Below, piece after piece: positions 1 through 9,189 of a DNA stretch of 40,407 nucleotides. The stretch is from NCBI RefSeq assembly GCF_001194135.2, contig NC_069001.1, positions 20,767,989 to 20,808,395 on the forward strand, in the 5' to 3' direction. The first letter of the stretch is position 1. The number at the start of each line of letters is the position of its first letter. The notes under the pieces are model-generated. The model had not been told where the DNA came from, did not search any database, and was given only the letters and a program-made list of their open reading frames with translations. Origin of the DNA: Octopus bimaculoides (lineage: Eukaryota). A program made the translations under genes and the position numbers.

Positions 1-187
1 GACACGTAAAAGCACCCACTACACTCTCTGAGTGGTTGGCGTTAGGAAGGGCATCCAGCTGTAGAAACTCTGCCAAATTAGACTGGAGCCTGGTGTTGCC
101 ATCCAGTTTCACCAGTCCTCAGTCAAATCGTCCAACCCATGCTAGCATGGAAAGCGGACGTTAAACGATGATGATGATGATGATGAT
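1..187 (+). mobile_element. 3' end of RTE-tailed SINE/LINE repeat ending in (GAT)n
   Basis: Near-identical to 7290-7455 and (inverted) to 32983-33056; the same tail ends the RTE fragment at 36815-36960; (GAT)n tail at 168-187. Confidence 0.85.
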
Positions 188-612
188 TGTATATCAACTT
201 TTTTTTTTCCCAGCTTAAGGCTGTTTTTTATTTTTTTTATCTAGCTTAATGCTGTTTTTTCCCGATCGCGTGGTTAAACCATTGGGAGTGAAGGACCCCT
301 AGCCCTTGTTAGGGCATCCTTCTAGGAGAAGGCAACTCAGGCAACTGGGATAACTCCGACATAAAACCTGCAGCTCAGTGGTTACCGATGATGTTGAATT
401 GTTGTTCTTTTTGGGTTATGGCTACTGTTGCTTAGTGAGTGGGATTGACTCAGTGCACAGCCTTTCCTCACTTAAAAAAAAATCTTCTTGCACAGGCACT
501 GCACGATAACAACATGGATTGATTGATTAATCAATTAACTAATTGATGATTGTTGATAGTGCTGTGAATCTCAACCGAATGGCTGGCTGTAGCCTTAAAA
601 AGCAAATAATCA

Positions 613-2226
613 ATGATGTACCAAAACAGTAAAAAAATAAATGGCAGTAAGGACTCTGGAACCACATCAGATGAAAGAGTCTGGCCCAGCAGGGTATCCA
701 GAGCATCACAGTCTGAACCCGGCCGTCATTGTGTTATTGTGATAGAACCAAATAAAATACTGAATATTGGCTGTTGGAATGTACGGACACTGCTTGACCG
801 CAAGTCCTCAGAATGTCCTGAACGCAGGACTGCTCTTCTTGCGAAGGAGCTCCAACGCTATGATCTTGATATCGTTGCTTTGTCTGAGACGAGACTGGCT
901 GGAGATGGTCATCTTACAGAATCTTGTGGAAGATATACATTCTTTTGGAAAGGGAGAGATGAAGAGCTTAGAGGAGAGGCNNNNNNNNNNNNNNNNNNNN
1001 NNNNNNNNNNNNNNNNNNNNNNNNNNNNNNNNNNNNNNNNNNNNNNNNNNNNNNNNNNNNNNNNNNNNNNNNNNNNNNNNNNNNNNNNNNNNNNNNNNNN
1101 NNNNNNNNNNNNNNNNNNNNNNNNNNNNNNNNNNNNNNNNNNNNNNNNNNNNNNNNNNNNNNNNNNNNNNNNNNNNNNNNNNNNNNNNNNNNNNNNNNNN
1201 NNNNNNNNNNNNNNNNNNNNNNNNNNNNNNNNNNNNNNNNNNNNNNNNNNNNNNNNNNNNNNNNNNNNNNNNNNNNNNNNNNNNNNNNNNNNNNNNNNNN
1301 NNNNNNNNNNNNNNNNNNNNNNNNNNNNNNNNNNNNNNNNNNNNNNNNNNNNNNNNNNNNNNNNNNNNNNNNNNNNNNNNNNNNNNNNNNNNNNNNNNNN
1401 NNNNNNNNNNNNNNNNNNNNNNNNNNNNNNNNNNNNNNNNNNNNNNNNNNNNNNNNNNNNNNNNNNNNNNNNNNNNNNNGGGGTGGGAAAGTGTAATAGT
1501 AATGGTATGTTTCTGCTGCAGATGTGCGAGGAGCTGCGTCTGTGTGTTGCCAATACCATGTTTCAGCAAAAGAATAAGTTTAAGACCACATGGATGCACC
1601 CTGCATCTAAAGAGTGGCATATTCTGGATTACAACCTTGTTAGGATGCGTGACAGACGTGATGTGCGGTGTGTTCGTGTTTTTCGTGGAGCTGAGTGTTG
1701 GACTGACCACCGCCTGGTATGTGCAAAAGTCAAATTAATCACAAAACGTAAAATCTGGGCTGCAGGTATTACCCTGCCCAAAAGACTGAATGTTGCTCGT
1801 CTTAGTTGTAATGGCGTGAAGAGATCTTTACGAGAGGAAATGAATGCTGCAGATTTTGGGGAAAATTGGTCGACCCTCAAAAAGTCAGTTTATGATATAG
1901 GCAGGAAAGTTCTGGGATTGATACAAAGAAAGCATGAAGATTGGTTTAAAGAAAATGATGAACATATAGATGATTTATTGGCTGTTAAAAGACGTACTTT
2001 GTCACGCTATTTGTCAGCAAAGCCACAGGAGAGAGATGTATTGCATAGGGAACTCAAGGATGTGAAATCACGTGTGAGGCGGAGGCTCTCTCAAATGAGG
2101 GATACCTGGTGGAGTAAGAAGGCTGATGAGATACAGGTGGCATTGGATTCCAATAACACAAAGCTGTTATACGGTCTCTTGCGAGAGGTTTATGAACCGA
2201 CTTCTTCTCTGATGACACCACTTTGA
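613..2226 (+). pseudogene. RTE ORF, apurinic-like endonuclease and linker portion
   Basis: ORF track translation; ends at in-frame TGA 2224-2226, after which the same frame continues as SRDGKELL...; true start codon uncertain. Confidence 0.88.
981..1479. other. Assembly gap
   Basis: N run. Confidence 1.
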
Positions 2227-4478
2227 AGCAGGGATGGTAAAGAACTTCTTCGTGATTCACAAGGAATTCTGCAAAGGTGCCAAGAACACTTTGATGAACT
2301 CTTGAATCAGCAGTCTATAGTTAGTGAGGATGTTCTCAATCGCATCCCTGAATTACCTGTGAAGGCAGCTCTTGCAGAACCACCAAAGCTGGAAGAAATT
2401 GCAGTGGCTGTCTCAAGGATGAATAATGGGAGGTCTCCGGGTATGAATGGCATTCATGCAGAGTTGTTGCAGCATGGTGGTGAGAAACTTCTACAGCAAC
2501 TTCACTCCTTGTTTGGCAGTATATGGGATAGTGAATCTGTACCTGAGGACTGGAGAGATACAGTAATGGTGGTCTTATATAAGGGAAAGGGTAACAAGAA
2601 TGATTGTGGTAACTACAGGGGAATATCATTGCTTTCTGTCGTAGGAAAGGTTTTATGCAGGGTACATCTGGACCGTCTGTTGAAACACGTTGCAGATTGT
2701 GTTCTTCCAGAAAGTCAATCTGGTTTTCGTGCCGGACACGGNNNNNNNNNNNNNNNNNNNNNNNNNNNNNNNNNNNNNNNNNNNNNNNNNNNNNNNNNNN
2801 NNNNNNNNNNNNNNNNNNNNNNNNNNNNNNNNNNNNNNNNNNNNNNNNNNNNNNNNNNNNNNNNNNNNNNNNNNNNNNNNNNNNNNNNNNNNNNNNNNNN
2901 NNNNNNNNNNNNNNNNNNNNNNNNNNNNNNNNNNNNNNNNNNNNNNNNNNNNNNNNNNNNNNNNNNNNNNNNNNNNNNNNNNNNNNNNNNNNNNNNNNNN
3001 NNNNNNNNNNNNNNNNNNNNNNNNNNNNNNNNNNNNNNNNNNNNNNNNNNNNNNNNNNNNNNNNNNNNNNNNNNNNNNNNNNNNNNNNNNNNNNNNNNNN
3101 NNNNNNNNNNNNNNNNNNNNNNNNNNNNNNNNNNNNNNNNNNNNNNNNNNNNNNNNNNNNNNNNNNNNNNNNNNNNNNNNNNNNNNNNNNNNNNNNNNNN
3201 NNNNNNNNNNNNNNNNNNNNNNNNNNNNNNNNNNNNNNNNNNNNNNNNNNNNNNNNNNNNNNNNNNNNNNNNNNNNNNNNNNNNNNNNNNNNNNNNNNNN
3301 NNNNNNNNNNNNNNNNNNNNNNNNNNNNNNNNNNNNNNNNNNNNNNNNNNNNNNNNNNNNNNNNNNNNNNNNNNNNNNNNNNNNNNNNNNNNNNNNNNNN
3401 NNNNNNNNNNACAGAGATTGATATGCAACACATTTTGAATGCATTCTCTGATGCTTGCACTGCCTTAGGAATGACAGTCAATCTCAAGAAAACTGTTGTC
3501 ATGTACCAACCTGCCCCTGGTAAGCAGTATATTGAACCAAATATCTATGTGTATGGTAGAAGACTTGGTGTAGTCGATCAGTTTGTCTTCCTGGGAAGCA
3601 CTGTTAATAGATATGGCAATTTGGATAATGAAATTCCATACAGAATTAGGAAAGCAAGTGATGCTTTCGGAAGGCTAGAAAGGTGTCTCTGGGGTCGGCG
3701 AGACATATGCAGGAAGACAAAGATAAAGGTGTACAAGGCATGTGTGCTCTCTTCTCTTCTTTATTCCTGCGAGACCTGGGTCACATATCGTGACCACCTT
3801 AAACAACTGGAATGTTTTCATCAGATGTGTTTCAGACGGATCTATGGCATTAAGTGGGAGGACCGCATCAGTGATCTTGAGATATTGGAAAGCTCTCGGT
3901 GTGAAAGTATAGAAGGCTCAGATGGAGTGGTCATCTGGTTAAGATGAAAGATTCAAGGATGCCAAAAAAACTCTTTTATGGAGAGTTAGCTAAAGGAAAA
4001 CAACCTCCACATAAACCAAAAATGAGGTATAAAGACTTGCTGAAGGTTTCTTAAGAGATGTTTTCATCTCTCCTGACACATGGGAGGGCATAGCTATTGA
4101 CCATAGCAGGTGGAGAAGGATTGTTCACGAGGGGACAACTACTTTTGAGAAATCACGAATTGCGCATGAGAAAGTAAGGAGGGATGTCAGGAAGGGCATT
4201 GCTGTTGCACTTCCAGACGGTAAGGGTCTTCCCATGACACTGACATGCAGTGTCTGTGCAAGACCGTGCCTCAGTAAAGCTGGACTCATGAGTCATCTTC
4301 GTAGTCATAAAGCAAGACCAATGATTGACTACCAGGCCGCTGGTGATGATGCTACACACCATACTAATCATGTCTGTCGGGCATGTGGAAGGGAGTGTGA
4401 TTCAGCAGGAGGACTTAAACGACATGCAAAGCTACATGAAGCCCAATTACAACAACAGCCAGCTATTGCCAGTAAAGG
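2227..4478 (+). pseudogene. RTE ORF, reverse transcriptase, thumb and C-terminal domain with two C2H2 fingers
   Basis: Deletion/frameshift near 3915 (continues LRWSGHLVKMKDSRMPKKLFYGEL) and a 1-nt deletion near 4050 (continues LRDVFISPDTWE...RWRRIVHEG); CX2CX12HX3H at 4246-4308 and 4375-4437; the RT core YADD region falls in the gap. Confidence 0.88.
2742..3410. other. Assembly gap
   Basis: N run. Confidence 1.
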
Positions 4479-4479
4479 T

Positions 4480-4515
<36 letters not shown>

Positions 4516-4516
4516 A
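4479..4516. repeat. (TA)n microsatellite
   Basis: Direct reading. Confidence 0.95.
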
Positions 4517-5245
4517 TTATTCTAGTGAAATACATTCACTGATTTCAAAAATAGAAATAATGCATTTCTAAATCTCTCAGAGAGATTTATGCAGTAGTGA
4601 TACGATAAAGTAGTTGTGTGCTCTCAACTTAATGTGACAGTCCCATGAAGGGAATAATACTACTGCTATTTAGCCCTAGCAAGCAGCACTGCTTCCTGTC
4701 ATCCTTGACACATTTCCTGTGTCCTTATGTTTACAAGGGGGAGATAAGCACCTTGTGTCAAGGCTGACAGGAAGCGGTGCTGCTTCCCAGGGCTAAATAG
4801 CAGTAGTATTATTCCTTTCATTGAACTCTCACATTAAGTTGACAGCATACAACTACTTTATCGTATCACTACTACATAAATCTGTCTGAGAGATTTAGAT
4901 ATGTATTATTTCCATTTTTGAAATCAGTGAATGTATTTCACTAGAATAATTATATGTTTACAATAGCTAGATAGGTGTCTCCAACTAGCAAGCCAGGCTA
5001 CTCCAGACTGAAGATGAGCAACGACTCAGAAACTTAGCTGGGTGGAGGTGCTTATCTCCCCCTTGTAAACATAAGGACACAGGAAATGTGTCAAGGCTGA
5101 CAGGGAGCGGTGCTACTTCCTAGGGCTAAATAGCAGTAGTATTATACCCTTCATGGGACTGTCACATAAAGTTGACAGCATTCAACTACTTTATTGTATC
5201 ACTACTGCATAAATCTTTCTGAGAGATTTAGGAATGTATTATTTA
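4511..5245. mobile_element. Foldback plus tandem repeat unit, probable Penelope-like pseudo-LTR remnant
   Basis: 4511-4712 is the reverse complement of 4754-4955; 5046-5244 is the reverse complement of about 4545-4753; the unique 4956-5045 segment has CTGAAGA-TGAG-caacga-CTCA-GAAAC; located at a (TA)n tract. Confidence 0.55.
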
Positions 5246-6044
5246 TATTATGAAAAAGATATTTGTTTATATTTGTTCATCACACATTGCAGCAACAATT
5301 AAAAACTTGTATTACTTCTGTAAGATACATCTAATTGTACATGTTCACAACGTTTGTCATCGATGATATTCATACATTTATTTGCATATGTTAGTTTATG
5401 ACTAATGTTTATCAAATGTACTATGTACATGTGATTAAGAAAGAAACGAGTAATCGATTACAGAGTACTCAAATGTTTGGCCACCATTATTGAAACCATA
5501 CCAGCTGGTATCACAACTACCATCATTTGCAGTTACAGGTTTATGGTATCTTGTGTAAACATGTATATAAAATGTATTATGTACATGTAAGAGACTGTAA
5601 ATCCACTTTAGCTATATAACTGTATATAAAATCATGTATGTTCAAGATAACTCCATGCAAATGTCCACATCTATCAATAATGTATGTTGGGAAGAATTGA
5701 TTTGCTTCTTTAATCACTCATTTGCTTTTAGTCATGTATATTTTATTAATTCTGACATTTGTTTGCATGGGTCTAGTCATTATTTCACATATATATTTTA
5801 CACATACTTGTTTATATCTGTGCCAATCTAATTGCTCAATTGACTTCATAAATATTCCCTTGAATGCTCCACTTAAACTTGTACCCCTTCCCTATTCAGA
5901 AATGCTAATTTATTCATACTTGTTTATTCATGTTACTTGTTCTGGCTTTTCCTCCATGTTTATGCTATATTTTCTCAGTTATACTCCCAGTCCCACATAT
6001 TTAATTATATCTGCATACTCAGTTTTATTTGTTTCTGTTTCTAG

Positions 6045-6089
6045 CTGGCAGTTACCCTGGTGGGCAACCACCTTATGGAAGTAGCCAAG
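6045..6089 (+). CDS. Internal 45-nt exon of host gene, peptide xGSYPGGQPPYGSSQ(G)
   Basis: tttgtttctgtttctag acceptor and G|gtaagt donor; phase 1-1; composition matches the other exons. Confidence 0.8.
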
Positions 6090-6749
6090 GTAAGTTTCAA
6101 GTCATTAAATATTATCTATCCATCTCCTTTCTGGGCTTATTGTAGAAGCCATGCAGTTTCTTCTCATTTCTAATTTCTATCTGGTATATTGTTTTCAGTG
6201 ATGTCAGTGGGCCTTCTATCTTACACAAAATTATATGTGCAAATGAACTAATGAGAGAGATTTGTATAATGAGTATTTAAGCTAGCTAACAAACATAATC
6301 CATTTTAAAGGTTAAGAAAATTTCTCAATCTGCTAGTATAGCCTTAAAATTTTGGATATATTTCTAGTTTTAATGACTGGATATGCTTTCTATATTGTTT
6401 AATATGCTTAAATACACACCTAGAAAATAGGTTAGATATAAAGTTGTACAAATACTCTGTGATAGTTGTACTCACTGAAATAAATGTTGTGTAGTAAATC
6501 AGGTCTGTTCAATTGAAGCTTTTCAACAGTGCTAGGATTTTTATCCAAAATTACACATATTTAAGACTTTTGCTTTTATTAGATGTGATTTTTACCTTCT
6601 CTAATGCAGACTGAATAAAATTGACCGAAGACTGATTACTTCAAGAAGGGAAATTGATGCAAACATTTAAGTTCATTATTTTGCAGAAAAGTTTGACCTG
6701 TTTTTTGAGATCACTTACTCTTTATCTCAGAACATAAGAGCGACTCTTG

Positions 6750-7455
6750 TGCTCTTTTTCCTATCGCCAAGTGAGACCATAATCCGAGGTCTCTGTCAGG
6801 GGTGTAGCCAGCCCACTTATGCGTACCTTTCCTTCATTGGACACTAAACTCTGCTTGCGAAGACCTGTTGAGGCAAGTGAAATTGAAATTGAACCAAATT
6901 TGACGACTAGCACCCATGCCAACCTCTCCTTCATTGGACACTAAACTTAACTTGCGAAGACCTGTTGGGGCAAGTGAAATTGAAATCGTGATTGAACTGA
7001 ATTCAATGACTGGCACCTGCGCCAGTGGAGTGCTAACAGCACTGTCCAAGCTTGATCGTTGCCAGAGCAGCTGTCTGGCTTCTGTGCCAGTGGCACGTAA
7101 ATAGCACCATTTGGACGTGATCATTACCGGCCTCGCCTTACTAGCACTTCTGCCGGTGGCACGTGAAAAATCATTCAAGCGAGGTTGTTGCCAGTGCCAC
7201 TGGACTGGCTCCTGTGCAGGTGGTACATAAAAAACACCTTTTTGAGCGTGGCCGTTGCCAGTACCGCCTGATTGGCCTTCATGCCGGTGGCACGTAAAAG
7301 CACCCACTACACTCTCGGAGTGGTTGGTGTTAGGAAGGGCATCCAGCTGTAGAAACTCTGCCAAATCAGATTGGAGCCTGCTGCAGCCATCTGGTTCGCT
7401 AGTCCTCAGTTAAATTGTCCAACCCATGCTAGCAGACGTTAAACAATGATAATGA
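6750..7455 (+). mobile_element. Composite SINE-like repeat with internal tandem units and RTE-type tail
   Basis: About 97-nt duplicated unit (6831, 6928), four about 65-nt units (7057-7304), tail matching 1-187; inverted copy at 32983-33340. Confidence 0.85.
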
Positions 7456-8359
7456 AAGAAAAGAGCAACCAATTATAGAATATTCAAATGTTTGGCCACC
7501 GCTATTGAAACCATACCAGCTGGTATCACAACTACCATCACTAACTGTCAATTCCACAACAGTTATCATCATCATCATTAAAAACCTTCATTATTACACA
7601 ATCTCTTTACCAATATGACTTATATCCCCACCTATTCAATAAAACATTGCAAATTAACTAATATCAGTGTTAGTTAATGCCATCACCACTGAGCTAATGC
7701 TAGCATGGGCATCTCCAGAGAGATTAAGTTACTGGTGTCTTAACAGTGTTTTGTTTCATTGCTATAATATACTAATGAATATATCTAGTTTTTTGAAAGG
7801 AAACAGTTGTATATGCACATTTCAATTCTTGTTTGAATCTTCATTAGCAATTGCACCCTCCTTAACTATCCATTGCTTATAAATGTTGTAACTTACAGTG
7901 TTTGTTAATAAGTCCATAGATATGACATATAATTCATTATTACAATGAAACAAAATATTATTTATGCTCTGTTAATTTGATGTTCAATCTAGCTGCCAAG
8001 AAAGTGTTATAAGCAATATGTTGGAGGGTGCATAGTTACTGAAGATTTGAACAGAAATTGAAACATGCATGCACAACTGTTTCTTCTATTTCTGTCCATG
8101 AACAAATTGTACAGACATGTTGTTTACAGTCTTTGTTACATAGTGTTGGCTAATAAATATAGATATATTCTATTATACATGTTAGCAATTAAATGAAATG
8201 TCATATAAGTTATGTCTAGAACACAACTGATTGAGAGAATTGACTCTAAATATTGAAGTGTTAGTCCAAGAGTCAAATATTTGTCTTGAAATATAGAAAA
8301 TATGATTAGTTTTGGTGATTATTGTTCTGTATTCTTTATTTCCATTATTTATTTTACAG

Positions 8360-8500
8360 GTTATCCTTCACAGCAGCAACCTGGGTATCCACCTCAACAA
8401 ACTGGGTATCCACCTCAACAAGCTGGGTATCCACCTCAACAAGCTGGATATCCTCCTCAACCTGGGTATCCGTCTCAACAACCTGGATACCCACCCTCTG
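8360..8500 (+). CDS. Internal 141-nt exon of host gene, (G)YPSQQQPGYPPQQTGYPPQQAGYPPQQAGYPPQPGYPSQQPGYPPS(G)
   Basis: tttattttacag acceptor and G|gtaagt donor; phase 1-1; GYPPQQ repeats with synonymous variation between units. Confidence 0.9.
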
Positions 8501-8835
8501 GTAAGTGTATTTTAGATTGAATTTCTGCATGTATCGATATTTTCAAAAATTTCACTGGGTAGAGACTGAGATTTTTACAGGAGTTTTTTTTTAACATATT
8601 TCCAGTTTTACATTTGTCTATAATTTCTAGCAATATATTACCAAATATAGTATTGATTATAACTCAAGATTAAAACTTTACAGTATGTATTTCTTCCGTC
8701 TATGTTGGGAGTTTAGGGCTAATTTTTCTCTTCTGAGAGCAGCAAAATAGGTACCAATGATATACTGAGCATTTTGATAAATAGCATGGAATATATAACT
8801 ATATTCTTCACATTCTGAGTGCAACTTTTCTGCAG

Positions 8836-8843
8836 GTTACTAA
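8836..8843 (+). CDS. Candidate alternative last exon, coding part (G)Y-stop
   Basis: cttttctgcag|GTTACTAA gives GY* in the phase-1 frame of the upstream exon; no transcript evidence. Confidence 0.35.
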
Positions 8844-9189
8844 CCTTTCATTTCAATGGTATTGATAAAAGAAGTGCTTATAAAGATTGATTCAAGTGAC
8901 TATACCACTCCCTGTGACCTTTTAACTTAAAAGTAAATAATATTAGCTGATATGATTAAGAGCACTACTTCCTTTAGAAATTGTTTGCTTGTACTTAGTT
9001 CTCAAAAAGGTTGAATATCTGAAGATCTGAACTGCTGATAATGAAAAGTGCATTGTACAAATTCATTCAGATTTCTTTGGTATATTAAAATTTTGTTACT
9101 TGTTGTTACCAGTGAAACTTCATGATGTTTCAGTTAACTTTCTTAGCTGTGATATGTGACACTCCAGTAATTTTGGCATGTTTTATATC

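Larger units (their letters stand above)
259..4478 (+). mobile_element. Near-full-length decayed RTE-clade LINE (5'UTR plus single APE-RT ORF)
   Basis: APE motifs IGCWNVRTL, DIVALSETRL, WHILDY, CWTDHRLV; RT motifs NYRGISLLSVVGK, LPESQSGFR, FLGS, SLLYSCETW; domain order and motifs are typical of RTE; boundaries approximate; two gaps inside. Confidence 0.93.

Noticed and set aside
2224-2226. In-frame TGA in the RTE ORF (and in the PLE GIY-YIG near 27470) as readthrough or selenocysteine
   Set aside because: Most simply CGA-to-TGA CpG decay; both elements carry other stops and frameshifts
767-3444. Long alternative-frame ORFs full of X (also 32248-33317 and 38198-39195)
   Set aside because: They are artefacts of translating N runs
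6610-6620. Acceptor giving D-stop followed at once by AATAAA
   Set aside because: Plausible by chance in AT-rich intron; the poly(A) signal overlaps the stop and there is no other support
6786-6868. AGGTCT/AGACCT pairing with GCGAA as an HDV-like ribozyme
   Set aside because: P1, P3 and P1.1 could not be built
6834-7364. 176-aa minus-strand ORF with a similar ORF at about 33000-33317
   Set aside because: Antisense reading of a GC-rich high-copy repeat; the similarity reflects repeat homology, not a gene family
8360-8500. 18-nt repeats as a CRISPR array or as the cephalopod rhodopsin PPQGY tail
   Set aside because: No spacers and eukaryotic context; the unit is GYPPQQx split over spliced exons, and no 7TM exons are visible
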